Made by a program: the position numbers and the translations under genes
Notes under the pieces: model-generated
What the model was told of the DNA's origin: nothing
What the model saw: only the letters and a program-made list of their open reading frames with translations
The model's database searches: none
Shown here: positions 25,941 through 35,488 of the stretch, in pieces
Numbering within the stretch: the first letter of the stretch is position 1
Layout: each line of letters opens with the position of its first letter
From: an uncultured Actinomycetes bacterium
GTDB lineage: Bacteria > Actinomycetota > UBA4738 > HRBIN12
Assembly: GCA_963825635.1 (NCBI GenBank)
Contig: CAWGTU010000004.1
Location: forward strand, 67,362-131,361
Direction: 5' to 3'
Length of the DNA stretch: 64,000 nt

Positions 25941-26324
25941 CTAGTAACGGTCGATCTCGTGCAGCCGATCATCGTCGATGCCGAAGTGGTGGGCGATCTC
26001 GTGCACGACCGTCTCGCCGATCACGCGCTTCAGCGCATCGTCGTCGGGCCCCGCTTCCGCGGCGATCGGCATCGCGAACAGCGTGATGCGATCGGGCAGG
26101 ACGCCCGAGTAGTCGCTGCCACGCTCGGTGAGCGGGATGCCCTCGTACAGCCCGAGGGTGTCGGGGTCGACCTCGTCGGGCGGATGGTCATCGACGAGCA
26201 CCTCGACGTTGTCCAGCGTGCGGTGCACCCACTCGGGCAGCGCGTCGAGCGCCTCGGCGACCAGGGCCATGAAGCGTTCTTGGTCGGGCACCGCTCGGCC
26301 TGACGACATGCGGCCGGATGACAT
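25941..26324 (-). CDS. Zincin-like metallopeptidase family protein (DUF1025 type)
   Basis: LGLYEGIPLTERG...LPDRITLF...VVHEIAHHFGIDDDRLHEIDRY, with an HExxH motif. Confidence 0.8.
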   Translation of the reverse strand: MSSGRMSSGRAVPDQERFMALVAEALDALPEWVHRTLDNVEVLVDDHPPDEVDPDTLGLYEGIPLTERGSDYSGVLPDRITLFAMPIAAEAGPDDDALKRVIGETVVHEIAHHFGIDDDRLHEIDRY

Positions 26325-26341
26325 GCGAGTAGCCTACGCGC
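26325..26341. promoter_or_regulatory. 17-bp near-palindromic intergenic region with overlapping divergent -10 boxes
   Basis: GCGAGTAGCCTACGCGC lies between the ATG at 26324 (-) and the ATG at 26342 (+). TAGCCT on the + strand and TAGGCT on the - strand each sit 6 nt from their own start codon. Confidence 0.5.
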
Positions 26342-27679
26342 ATGCCCGGGGGGCTCCTCACCGACCTGTACGAGCTCAACATGGCGGCCAGTTACCTGCG
26401 CCGCGACATGGACGGTCTCGCGACGTTCAGCCTCTACGTGCGGGGACTCCCGAAGGCTCGGGGATTCCTGGTGGCGGCCGGTCTCGAGTCGTGCCTCGAC
26501 TTCCTCGAGTCGTTCTCGTTCACCGACGACGAGCTGACGGCGCTCGGCTCGATGGGCTTCGACGATCGGGCGCTCGAGGACTTCTCGACCCTGCGGTTCT
26601 CCGGCGACGTCTGGGCGGTGCCTGAGGGGCGCGTCGTCTACTCCGAGGAGCCGATGCTCGAGGTGACGGCCCCGGTCGCGGTCGCCCAGGTGGTCGAGAC
26701 CGTGCTGCTGAACCAGATCACGCTGCACACCACCCTCGCATCGAAGGCCGCCCGTTACGTGCTCGCGGCCGAGGGGCGGCAGCTCGTCGACTTCGCCTTC
26801 CGTCGCACGCACGGGGTGGAGGCCGCGATGGCGATCGCACGGGCGAGCGCCCTCGTGGGGTTCGCGGCGACCTCCAACGTCGAGGCGGCCCGCCGTTACG
26901 AGCTCGCCGTAGCGGGCACGATGGCGCACTCCTTCATCGAGGCGTTCCCGACCGAGGGTGAGGCGTTCCGCGCCTTCGCCGAGGACCACCCGAACCGGAC
27001 GACGTTCCTCGTCGACACGTACGACTCGCTGGGAGGCGTGCGAGCCGCGATCGAGGTGATCCGAGATCTCGGGCTCGACGGAGCGCTGGGCGTGCGGCTC
27101 GACAGCGGTGACCTCGACGTGCTCGCTCGTGGTGCCCGATCGCTGCTCGACGAGGCGGCCCTGCCCGAGGCACGCATCTTCGCGAGCGGCGGCCTCGACG
27201 AGCTCGAGGTGCACGAGCTCGTGCGCGCCGACGCGCCCGTCGACGCGTTCGGGATCGGCACCCAGATGGGTGTGTCCGCCGACGCACCGTACGTCGACTC
27301 CGTCTACAAGCTCGTGGAGTACGACGGGCGGCCCGTCATGAAGCTCTCGTCGGCGAAGATGAGCCCCCCGGGCCGCAAGCAGGTCTGGCGCCCTCGGGGC
27401 GGTGAGCACGACGACGTGCTCTGCCTCCGCGACGAGGACGCTCCCGCCGGCGCGGAGCCGATGCTCGTACCGGTGATGAGGGAGGGGCGCCGGCTCGCCC
27501 CGTCGCCGTCGATCGCCGATGGTCGGTCTCGGTTCGAGGCGGACCTTGCTTGCGTGCCGCAGAAGGCCCGGCGCCTCACGCATCCCGAGCACGTGATCGT
27601 GACACACAGCGATGCCCTCCGCGCCCTCACCGATCGCACCCGCGACGAGGCCGAGCGGCGTGCGGGGGTCTCCGGATGA
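26342..27679 (+). CDS. pncB: Nicotinate phosphoribosyltransferase
   Basis: LLTDLYELNMAASY...FAFRRTHG...GTMAHSFIEAF...DTYD are family hallmarks. 445 aa. Confidence 0.9.
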   Translation: MPGGLLTDLYELNMAASYLRRDMDGLATFSLYVRGLPKARGFLVAAGLESCLDFLESFSFTDDELTALGSMGFDDRALEDFSTLRFSGDVWAVPEGRVVYSEEPMLEVTAPVAVAQVVETVLLNQITLHTTLASKAARYVLAAEGRQLVDFAFRRTHGVEAAMAIARASALVGFAATSNVEAARRYELAVAGTMAHSFIEAFPTEGEAFRAFAEDHPNRTTFLVDTYDSLGGVRAAIEVIRDLGLDGALGVRLDSGDLDVLARGARSLLDEAALPEARIFASGGLDELEVHELVRADAPVDAFGIGTQMGVSADAPYVDSVYKLVEYDGRPVMKLSSAKMSPPGRKQVWRPRGGEHDDVLCLRDEDAPAGAEPMLVPVMREGRRLAPSPSIADGRSRFEADLACVPQKARRLTHPEHVIVTHSDALRALTDRTRDEAERRAGVSG

Positions 27680-28887
27680 GCGACCCGGCGCCGCACCCCG
27701 CGGTCGGTCCAAGGCGTCGTCGCTGGCCATGGGTCGTGGGGACCTCGATCGTCGTGCTCGTGGCTCTCTTCTACCTGGGCGGCGGGTTCTACTTCTCGAA
27801 CGTGCTCGACGAACGTGCGCTCGATGCGACGACGATGCGGGCGGCGACCGCCGAGCTGGAGCCGAACGTCGAGGTCGTGGAGCTCTCCGATACCGGCGGG
27901 GTCGGCGCCTCCATCACCCTTCGGCCGCTCGAGGACGATCTGGGGGTGACCGCCGAGGGCGTGCAGGGATTGCGGTGGGCCGACGGGTACGGTCGCCTTG
28001 AGCCCACCGGCACGGCCGACGGCGAGACGCTCGTGCGTCGATTCGCCCTGGTGAACGGAGACCTCCCGCTGCCCGGCACACCCGCCGAGTTCGACGTGCG
28101 TGCGTACCCCATGGAGCCGGCAGACTCGGGGCTCGGCTTGGAGTCGCTCACGGTTGCCGGCCCCCTCGGCGAGTACCCCGCATGGCTCGGCCCGGCCGAC
28201 GGCCCGACGTGGGCGATCGTCGTGCACGGCAACTCGCTCTCACCGGCCGACGGGCTGCGCATGGTGCCGATCCTCACCGAGGCCGGATTCCCCACGCTGG
28301 TGACGACCTATCGCAACGACCCGGGCGCGCCCGAGGATCCGAGCGGGAAGCTGCGGTACGGCCTCACCGAGTGGGGGGACCTGGAGGCGATGGTCCGATA
28401 CGCGCTCGAGCAGGGATCCGACGGCGTCGTGCTCGACGGCTACTCCATGGGCGGGGGGATCGTGATGGCGTTCCTGCAGCGCTCGTCGCTCGCCGGCGAG
28501 GTGCGCGCGGTGATCCTCGACGCCCCGATGCTCGACTTCTCGACGACGGTCGACGACAACGCCTCGCGAGAGACGCTTCCCGTGCTGGGTCTGCCCCTGC
28601 CGCAGTCGCTCACCTCGGTCGCCAAGTGGATGGCCGACGCGCGGTTCGACGTGGACTGGCCTCAACTCGACTACCTCGCCGACACGAGCCGGTACGAGAC
28701 CCCGTTCCTGGTGTTCCACGGCACCGACGACACGACCGTGCCGATCGGCACGAGCCGCGAGTTCGCAGACCTGCTGCCCGAGCAGGTCGACCTGATCGAG
28801 TGCGACGGCGCCGAGCACATCGGCTGCTGGAACCTCGATCCGCAGGCCTACGGCACGACGGCGCAGGCGTTCGTGAGCCAGGTCTAG
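27676..28887 (+). CDS. Alpha/beta hydrolase with an N-terminal TM anchor
   Basis: ATG at 27676 overlaps the pncB stop (ATGA). TM helix WVVGTSIVVLVALFYLGGGF. Nucleophile elbow GYSMGGG and VFHGTDDTTVP. Confidence 0.8.
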   Translation: MSDPAPHPAVGPRRRRWPWVVGTSIVVLVALFYLGGGFYFSNVLDERALDATTMRAATAELEPNVEVVELSDTGGVGASITLRPLEDDLGVTAEGVQGLRWADGYGRLEPTGTADGETLVRRFALVNGDLPLPGTPAEFDVRAYPMEPADSGLGLESLTVAGPLGEYPAWLGPADGPTWAIVVHGNSLSPADGLRMVPILTEAGFPTLVTTYRNDPGAPEDPSGKLRYGLTEWGDLEAMVRYALEQGSDGVVLDGYSMGGGIVMAFLQRSSLAGEVRAVILDAPMLDFSTTVDDNASRETLPVLGLPLPQSLTSVAKWMADARFDVDWPQLDYLADTSRYETPFLVFHGTDDTTVPIGTSREFADLLPEQVDLIECDGAEHIGCWNLDPQAYGTTAQAFVSQV

Positions 28888-28970
28888 GCCGAACGCCGGT
28901 TGTGTCCAGGGCCTCGCAACCGTAGGGTTCCGCGAGACACCCGAACCGATCCCCCCGGGGGAGGGCGCAC

Positions 28971-29996
28971 ATGAGGACCGCGATCCGTCTGACGATCATC
29001 GCCGCGCTGCTGGTAACCGCTGCCCAGCCGGCAGCCTCCACGTTCATCAATCCCGATGTCGTGAAGGGCACCTCATTGTTCGAAGGATTCGGTGCAGGGA
29101 CGCACATCGGCTCCCGTCGCCTCTTCGCGTGGTCGAACGAGTCGGGTCGAGGCGGGAACGGCCTCGTGGCGTTCGCGGAGACGAACGGTGGGACCCTCAC
29201 CCGCATCAACGCTCGGCGGACCGAGGCGTTCGTCGGGGGATTCGATCAGGGCACCGACCGGATCGTCTATCAGCAGGTGCGTCGCGGGAACAGCGACCTC
29301 TTCCTCTTCGACATCAGCGCCCGAGAACGCACGGCCATGCGAGCCGTGAACGACGGACACTGGCAGTGGAACCCGTCGATCGATACGCACCGGGGAACCA
29401 CGTGGATGGTGTACGGCGTCAACCGCTTCGGCAGTCCCGCGGCGAAGTGGCGCCTCTACCTCTACAACGGCGAGACAGGGGAGCGGACCCTGCTCGATGA
29501 GACGACCAACCGATGCGGGTGTCTGTTCCCGGGCACGATCGCGTACCCCTGGGTGACGTGGGCGGTGGGGGCGGACGCGACCGCATGGCGATACGACATC
29601 AGGACGGGCGAGCGCGTTCCGCTGCTGCCGACCGATCGCGACGAGTACGGCGTCGCGATCGCGCCCGATGGCACGGCCTACGTCGCACAGGGCGGCGACC
29701 GGTGCGGCTCCAACGCGGAGCTCTATCGCGTCGAGCCCGACGGCACGCCCTTCCTGATCCACGAGTTCGCCGACGGCCGAGAGGGCACGAACCTGAGCCT
29801 GGACGTCACCGGCCCGAGGGATCGGCTCTACTTCGACCGCCGCATCTGCCGCAGCGGGGCCTCCGACATCCTGCGCCTACGTCGGGCCGAGTCGATCGGC
29901 GAGCCCGCCGGGCCGACGCGCCGACCGAGCGCGCCGGGGGCAGGCGTGATCAGGCGGTCGGGAGCCAGCTCGGGCGCGTCGCCTCGAACGCGCTGA
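28971..29996 (+). CDS. Secreted hypothetical protein, possibly beta-propeller (TolB-like)
   Basis: Signal peptide MRTAIRLTIIAALLVTAAQPAAS after an RBS (GGGGGAGGG). Repeated D/N-G-T/S-x-hydrophobic strands. The 3' end overlaps leuD by 47 nt. Confidence 0.6.
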   Translation: MRTAIRLTIIAALLVTAAQPAASTFINPDVVKGTSLFEGFGAGTHIGSRRLFAWSNESGRGGNGLVAFAETNGGTLTRINARRTEAFVGGFDQGTDRIVYQQVRRGNSDLFLFDISARERTAMRAVNDGHWQWNPSIDTHRGTTWMVYGVNRFGSPAAKWRLYLYNGETGERTLLDETTNRCGCLFPGTIAYPWVTWAVGADATAWRYDIRTGERVPLLPTDRDEYGVAIAPDGTAYVAQGGDRCGSNAELYRVEPDGTPFLIHEFADGREGTNLSLDVTGPRDRLYFDRRICRSGASDILRLRRAESIGEPAGPTRRPSAPGAGVIRRSGASSGASPRTR

Positions 29997-30534
29997 TCTT
30001 CTCCTCGTTCCGCAGCGACAGACCGATGTCGTCGAGCCCCTCGACGAGGCGCCAGTGCGTGAACTCGTCGATGTCGAACGTCTCGTCGAGCCCGGGCGCG
30101 CGCACGGCGCGGTCGGGCAGGTCGATCACGATCCGCGTGGTCGGGTCGTCGAGCGAGGCATCCATCAGCGCACGCACCGACTCGGCCCGCAGCTCCACCG
30201 GCAGCAGACCGATCTTGAAGCAGTTGTTGCGGAAGATGTCGGCGAAGCTCGGCGCGATCACGGCCCGGAACCCGTAGTCCTCGAGGGCCCACGGGGCGTG
30301 TTCACGGCTCGAGCCGCTCCCGAAGTTCGCGCCCGCGATCAGGATGCTCGCTCCCCGATAGCGCTCGTCGTTGAGGACGAAGTCTGGGTCCTTGCGCCAC
30401 TCGTCGAATAGGAACGGCCCGAACCCGGTGCGCTCGATGCGCTTCAGGTACTGCGCGGGGATGATCTGGTCCGTATCGACATCGGAACGGTCCAGCGGCA
30501 CCGCGGTGCCCTCGATCACGGCGATCGGATCCAC
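29950..30534 (-). CDS. leuD: 3-isopropylmalate dehydratase small subunit
   Basis: DVDTDQIIPAQYLKRI...GANFGSGSSREHAPWAL. GTG at 30534 lies 1 nt after the leuC stop. Confidence 0.95.
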   Translation of the reverse strand: MDPIAVIEGTAVPLDRSDVDTDQIIPAQYLKRIERTGFGPFLFDEWRKDPDFVLNDERYRGASILIAGANFGSGSSREHAPWALEDYGFRAVIAPSFADIFRNNCFKIGLLPVELRAESVRALMDASLDDPTTRIVIDLPDRAVRAPGLDETFDIDEFTHWRLVEGLDDIGLSLRNEEKISAFEATRPSWLPTA

Positions 30535-30535
30535 G

Positions 30536-31945
30536 TCAGAGCACCTCCTTGGCCGGCAGCTCGTCGGGCGTGCCGAAGCGCCCGAGCACGGCGGTGGCGG
30601 CAGCAACGGCGGGGCTCACGAGGTGCGTCCGTCCGCCCTTGCCCTGTCGTCCCTCGAAGTTGCGGTTGCTCGTGCTCGCGCTGCGCTCCCCCGGCTGCAG
30701 GATGTCGGGGTTCATGCCCAGACACATCGAGCACCCGGCGCCGCGCCAGTCGAACCCCGCCTCGGTGAACACGCGATCGAGCCCCTCGGCCTCGGCCTGC
30801 AGCTTCACCGCCACGCTGCCGGGCACCACGAGCGCGCGCAGGTTCGGGGCGACCGTGCGCCCGCCGACGATCTCGGCGGCGAGGCGCAGGTCCTCGATGC
30901 GCGAGTTCGTGCAGGAGCCGAGGAAGACCGTGTCGGGCCGGATCTCGCGCATGGGCGTGCCCGGTCTGAGGTCCATGTACGTCAGCGCGCGGGCCGCCGC
31001 GTCGCGCTTGGATGGCTCGACGAAGCCCTCGGGATCGGGCACGGCCTCGTCGATCGTGACCGACTGGGCGGGGTTGGTGCCCCAGCTCACGTAGGGCTTC
31101 AACTCGGTCGCATCGATCTCGACCTCAGCGTCGAACGGCGCACCGGGATCGCTGGGAAGGGCGCGCCACGAGTCGAGCGCCGCTTCCCAGTCGGCGCCCT
31201 TCGGCGCGTGCGGCCGGCCCTCGACGTAGGCGAAGGTGGTGTCGTCGGGCGCGACCATGCCGGCGCGGGCACCGCCCTCGATCGACATGTTGCAGATCGT
31301 CATGCGCCCCTCCATCGACAGCGCTCGGATCGCAGATCCGCGGTACTCGAGCACGTGGCCGACGCCGCCACCGGTACCGATGCGGTTGATGATGCCGAGG
31401 ATGATGTCCTTGGCGCCGACGCCCGCGGGCAGGTCGCCTTCCACGGTCACCGCCATCGTCTTCGCGGGGTGCTGCGGGAGGGTCTGGGTGGCGAGCACGT
31501 GCTCGACCTCGCTCGTGCCGATGCCGAACGCGAGGGCGCCGAACGCGCCGTGCGTCGACGTGTGCGAGTCGCCGCAGACGATCGTCATGCCAGGCTGCGT
31601 GTAGCCCATCTCGGGACCGATGACGTGCACGATGCCCTGGCCGGCGGATCCCCAGGGATAGAGCGTGATGCCGAACTCGTCGGCATTGGTCTGCAGCGCC
31701 TGCATCTGACGCGCGCTGATCTCGTCGGTGACCGGCCCGTCGGTCGTCGGCACGTTGTGATCCATCGTGGCGACGGTGAGATCGGGGCGGCGCACGGCGC
31801 GCTCGTGCATGCGCAGGCTCTCGAATGCCTGTGGACTCGTCACCTCGTGCACGAGGTGGAGGTCGACGTAGAGCAGGTCGGGCTCACCCTCGGCCCGATG
31901 CACCACGTGACGTTCCCACACCTTCTCGGCGAGCGTCTGTGGCAC
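30536..31945 (-). CDS. leuC: 3-isopropylmalate dehydratase large subunit
   Basis: [13 protein letters not shown]...[15 protein letters not shown]...CGDSHT...[11 protein letters not shown]...GCSMCLGMN are aconitase-family motifs. Confidence 0.95.
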   Translation of the reverse strand: MPQTLAEKVWERHVVHRAEGEPDLLYVDLHLVHEVTSPQAFESLRMHERAVRRPDLTVATMDHNVPTTDGPVTDEISARQMQALQTNADEFGITLYPWGSAGQGIVHVIGPEMGYTQPGMTIVCGDSHTSTHGAFGALAFGIGTSEVEHVLATQTLPQHPAKTMAVTVEGDLPAGVGAKDIILGIINRIGTGGGVGHVLEYRGSAIRALSMEGRMTICNMSIEGGARAGMVAPDDTTFAYVEGRPHAPKGADWEAALDSWRALPSDPGAPFDAEVEIDATELKPYVSWGTNPAQSVTIDEAVPDPEGFVEPSKRDAAARALTYMDLRPGTPMREIRPDTVFLGSCTNSRIEDLRLAAEIVGGRTVAPNLRALVVPGSVAVKLQAEAEGLDRVFTEAGFDWRGAGCSMCLGMNPDILQPGERSASTSNRNFEGRQGKGGRTHLVSPAVAAATAVLGRFGTPDELPAKEVL

Positions 31946-32006
31946 GGTGGTCGCCTCCCTCGGATCGATCCGGTCGTGGGATGTCTGTCCCCGGTGCTGC
32001 TAGGCT

Positions 32007-32049
32007 GTTCCTGTTCCATTATCTGGAACTCAGTTCCGATATTTGGAAC
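32007..32049. promoter_or_regulatory. Two tandem GTTCC-N7-GGAAC palindromes plus an extra half-site in the leuC / IclR divergent region
   Basis: GTTCCattatctGGAAC (32013-32029) and GTTCCgatatttGGAAC (32033-32049), centres 20 bp apart. An extra GTTCC lies at 32007-32011. Confidence 0.55.
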
Positions 32050-32070
32050 AGACGAGGAGGACTCTAGCAG

Positions 32071-32922
32071 GTGAGCGAGCGGACGACCCCGAGGCGGGAG
32101 GACGACATCGCCGTCGCCTTGAGGGCTCGCGATCGCGAGCAGCTGCAGGCGTTCCGCGAGAGCGAGGCCCTCGAGCTCGCGAGGAACGCACCGACGACGG
32201 CCGTCGGCACGCTCGATCGCATCGTGGACGTGATGAACGCCGTCGAGGCGGGCGCACGCAGCTATACGGACATCACACGGGCGGTGGGTCTCTCCCGGCC
32301 CACCGCGCATCGGCTCATCCGAGCGCTGGAGCAGCACGGGTTCCTCGTGCAGGTCGGCGGCGCAGGGTACGCCCTCGGGCCTCGGCTCCTGAGCCTCGCA
32401 TCGTCGGCGATGCGGGAGCTCCCCCTCCGAGACCTGGCGCACCCCTCGCTCGAGCGACTGGCGAGAGCGACCGGCGAGAGCGCACAGCTCTACGTGCGCG
32501 ACGACGACGTTCGGATCTGCGTGGACGCGGTGGAGTCCGACAGCGAGCTCCGCGCGATCGTGGTGGTGGGTGCAGCGCTGCCATTGACGAGAGGCTCGGC
32601 CGGCAAGGTGTTCCTGGCGTGGGCCGCCGAGCACGATCGCCGGCGTCTCCTGGCGGCCATGCCGGCCGAGGAGTCGGTGCGACTGGCACGCATGGTCGCG
32701 ACCACGTTCCGGCGCGGATGGGCCGACAGCATCGGTGAGCGCGAGTCCGGGGTGGCCTCGGTGAGCGCCCCCGTGTTCGACGCGGGTGATTCGCTGGTCG
32801 CCGCCGTCTCGGTCTCCGGTCCCGCCAACCGCATCGCGACGCTCCGCGGCCGGCACTACGCACCTGCCGTCACCGCCGCCGCACGGGAGATCGAGGCCTC
32901 GCTCGGCGTGGCGCGGACCTGA
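32071..32922 (+). CDS. IclR family transcriptional regulator, divergent from leuCD
   Basis: wHTH segment SYTDITRAVGLSRPTAHRLIRALEQHGFL plus a C-terminal IclR effector domain (GVASVSAPVFD). Confidence 0.85.
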   Translation: MSERTTPRREDDIAVALRARDREQLQAFRESEALELARNAPTTAVGTLDRIVDVMNAVEAGARSYTDITRAVGLSRPTAHRLIRALEQHGFLVQVGGAGYALGPRLLSLASSAMRELPLRDLAHPSLERLARATGESAQLYVRDDDVRICVDAVESDSELRAIVVVGAALPLTRGSAGKVFLAWAAEHDRRRLLAAMPAEESVRLARMVATTFRRGWADSIGERESGVASVSAPVFDAGDSLVAAVSVSGPANRIATLRGRHYAPAVTAAAREIEASLGVART

Positions 32923-32947
32923 CGACTTCCCGTAAGCTCGATTTCAC

Positions 32948-34519
32948 ATGTCTCGCGTTCAGGCCCTGCAACGCTCGGTCGACGGCTGGCTCACGGGTCG
33001 CCGGGCGATCACCGCTTCGATCGCCACGTTCAGCGCCGTCGCCCTGATCGCAGCGACCCCCAGATCCCCGTACCACCCGGTACTGCCGGAGAGTCAGGGC
33101 AACGGCCCGATCGGGGTCCTCGCCGAACTGCTGTTCCTCGACCGATTGCCGCACGGCGTGCTGATCGTGATCGGGTTCGTCGCGATGATCGCGGCGGGGG
33201 TTGCGTTCCTGCTCGTCCTCTGGGCGACCGAACGCGGCGAGGTGTCGACCCGCACCGTCGTGTGGATGGCTGTGGCCTATCACGTCGTAGTGCTGATGCT
33301 GCCCTTGCTGCTGTCCCGTGACGTGTTCAGCTACGCCTTCTACGGCCGCATCCTCAGCCGCTACGGACAGAACCCGTACGTGAGCACCCCTGCGGACTAT
33401 CCGGCCAACGACATCTCGCGGTTCGTCTGGAACGGATGGCGCGACACCCCGTCCGTTTACGGCCCGGTGTTCGTGTGGCTCGCGGCCGCGATCACCGCGG
33501 TGTTCCGTGGCCTGGTGGACGTCATCGAGGCCTTCCGCGCGGTGGCCATCGCGGCCAGCCTCGGCTCGTTGTGGTTCGTGGTCCGGCTCGTCGGCCGTGT
33601 GCGGCCCCAACGACAGGCGTACGCGGCCGCGATGATCGGGCTGAACCCGATCGTCCTGTTCCACACGGTCGGTGGCGGCCACGTCGACGTGCTCGTCATG
33701 CTCGCCGTCGCCGCCGCGATCTACTTCGTCGCCACGCAGCGAGAGCTGCCCGCGACGGTGGCGCTCACCGTGGGGGCGCTCGTGAAGATCTCCGCGGCGG
33801 TGCCGCTCGTCCTGCTGATCGCCTACGTCGTGACCCGCGCAGAACCTTCACGGCGCTGGAAGGTCGCGGCTGCACACATCGGCACCGCCGTGGGCATCGG
33901 ATTCATCGCGGTCGTGCCGTTCATGCAGCGATCGAACCCCACGCTCGGCATGGTCGAGCTCGTGCAGCACGGCTCCTGGATCGCCCCGCCCGCCCTGGTC
34001 GAGCGGCTCTTCGAGGCGGCGGGCACCGTGGTCGCCGGCGATCTCGGCGCCACCGCCGGCATCGTGCTCGCTCGCCTCGGCATGTTCGCCGCGCTCGCCG
34101 CGGGCCTGTTCACGATCCTTCGGCAGGTTCTGCGCCACGCCCAGGAGGGCTCGGTCTCCTTCCTCGCAGCCGCGTGGGGATGGTCGTTCCTGCTGATGAT
34201 GCTGTTCTCACCGACGCTGTTCCCCTGGTACTTCGCGTGGATCCTGCCGGTGGCATGGGCCCTGCCGCGCGTGCCCCGGCGGACGCTCGAGTTCTCGTTC
34301 ATCGCGCTCGTCACGGCGCAGCTCACCACCGAGAACTTCCGCCTGCCCGAATGGATGCACGTCGATCTGGCGATCGGGCATCCGATCCTGGTGATCGTGC
34401 TCGTCTGGTTCCTGCGCGACCTGTACCTGCGTCTGAAGCACGACGTGCCGCTCGATGCCGAGACCGAGGACGTGCTGCTCACGCGCGCCGAGCCCCGGCC
34501 GAACGCCTACCAGGCGTAG
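32948..34519 (+). CDS. Polytopic GT-C type membrane glycosyltransferase (mannosyltransferase / DUF2029-like)
   Basis: 523 aa with more than 10 predicted TM helices. LLLSRDVFSYAFYGRILSRYGQNPY and WRDTPSVYGPVF resemble MptA/MptB-like enzymes. Confidence 0.6.
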   Translation: MSRVQALQRSVDGWLTGRRAITASIATFSAVALIAATPRSPYHPVLPESQGNGPIGVLAELLFLDRLPHGVLIVIGFVAMIAAGVAFLLVLWATERGEVSTRTVVWMAVAYHVVVLMLPLLLSRDVFSYAFYGRILSRYGQNPYVSTPADYPANDISRFVWNGWRDTPSVYGPVFVWLAAAITAVFRGLVDVIEAFRAVAIAASLGSLWFVVRLVGRVRPQRQAYAAAMIGLNPIVLFHTVGGGHVDVLVMLAVAAAIYFVATQRELPATVALTVGALVKISAAVPLVLLIAYVVTRAEPSRRWKVAAAHIGTAVGIGFIAVVPFMQRSNPTLGMVELVQHGSWIAPPALVERLFEAAGTVVAGDLGATAGIVLARLGMFAALAAGLFTILRQVLRHAQEGSVSFLAAAWGWSFLLMMLFSPTLFPWYFAWILPVAWALPRVPRRTLEFSFIALVTAQLTTENFRLPEWMHVDLAIGHPILVIVLVWFLRDLYLRLKHDVPLDAETEDVLLTRAEPRPNAYQA

Positions 34520-35478
34520 GCTTCGGGCGCCGGCCCGCCCGGCCCGGGGAAGATCTCGTCGAGTTTCGCGAGCACATCGGCGGGGAGCTTGATCTCGAGC
34601 GCGTGCATCGCGTGCAACAGCTGCTCCTCGGTGCGCGGCCCGATGATCGGAGCGGTCACGGCAGGCTGGTGCAGGAGCCACGCGAGGGCGACGTGAGCCG
34701 GGTCCTCGCCCATCTCGGCACAGAGGGCCTCCCACCGCTCCAGCGTGGAGCGGTGTGCCTCGATCTCGCCCTGCATGTACTCGGTACCTCGCCGACCCTC
34801 CTCGACCTTCGAGAGGGCACCGGCGAGCAGTCCACCCGAGAGCGGGCTCGAGGGGATCAAGCCCATCCCGTACTCGACGAGGGCCGGGATCACCTCGAGC
34901 TCGAGGGTCCGAGCGGTGAGGTTGTAGAGCGACTGCTCGGTCGCGAGGCCCAGCGAGTGGCGGTACCCGGCGATCTCGTTGGCGCGGGCGATGTGCCACC
35001 CGGCGAAGTTGGACGAGCCCACGTACAGGATCTTGCCCGTGCGCTTGAGCTGATCCATCGCCTCCCAGATCTCGTCCCACCACGCGTCCCGATCGATGTG
35101 GTGCATCTGATAGAGGTCGATGCGATCGGTGCCGAGGCGGCGGAGCGACTCCTCGCACTGGCGAACGATCGCGAGCTTCGAGAGGCGCGACTCGTTCGGC
35201 CAGTCGCCCATCGTGCCGTAGACCTTCGTGGCGAGCACGACCTTGTCGCGACGGCCGCTGCCCTTGGCGCTCCAGCGTCCGATGATCTCCTCGGTGGCAC
35301 CCACCCCCAGGTGGCGTCCGTACACGTTGGCGGTATCGAAGAAGTTGATGCCGTTGGCGATCGCGGCATCCATGATCGTGTGGGAGTCGGCCTCCGACGT
35401 GTGCGGGCCGAAGTTCATCGTGCCGAGGCACAGCCGGGAGACGACGAGGCCGAGCCGACCGACGTGGGTGTACTCCAT
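34507..35478 (-). CDS. Aldo/keto reductase
   Basis: LGTMNFG...INFFDTANVYG...VLATKV...IDLYQMH are AKR catalytic tetrad motifs. Confidence 0.9.
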   Translation of the reverse strand: MEYTHVGRLGLVVSRLCLGTMNFGPHTSEADSHTIMDAAIANGINFFDTANVYGRHLGVGATEEIIGRWSAKGSGRRDKVVLATKVYGTMGDWPNESRLSKLAIVRQCEESLRRLGTDRIDLYQMHHIDRDAWWDEIWEAMDQLKRTGKILYVGSSNFAGWHIARANEIAGYRHSLGLATEQSLYNLTARTLELEVIPALVEYGMGLIPSSPLSGGLLAGALSKVEEGRRGTEYMQGEIEAHRSTLERWEALCAEMGEDPAHVALAWLLHQPAVTAPIIGPRTEEQLLHAMHALEIKLPADVLAKLDEIFPGPGGPAPEAYAW

Positions 35479-35488
35479 GGCGACGAGT

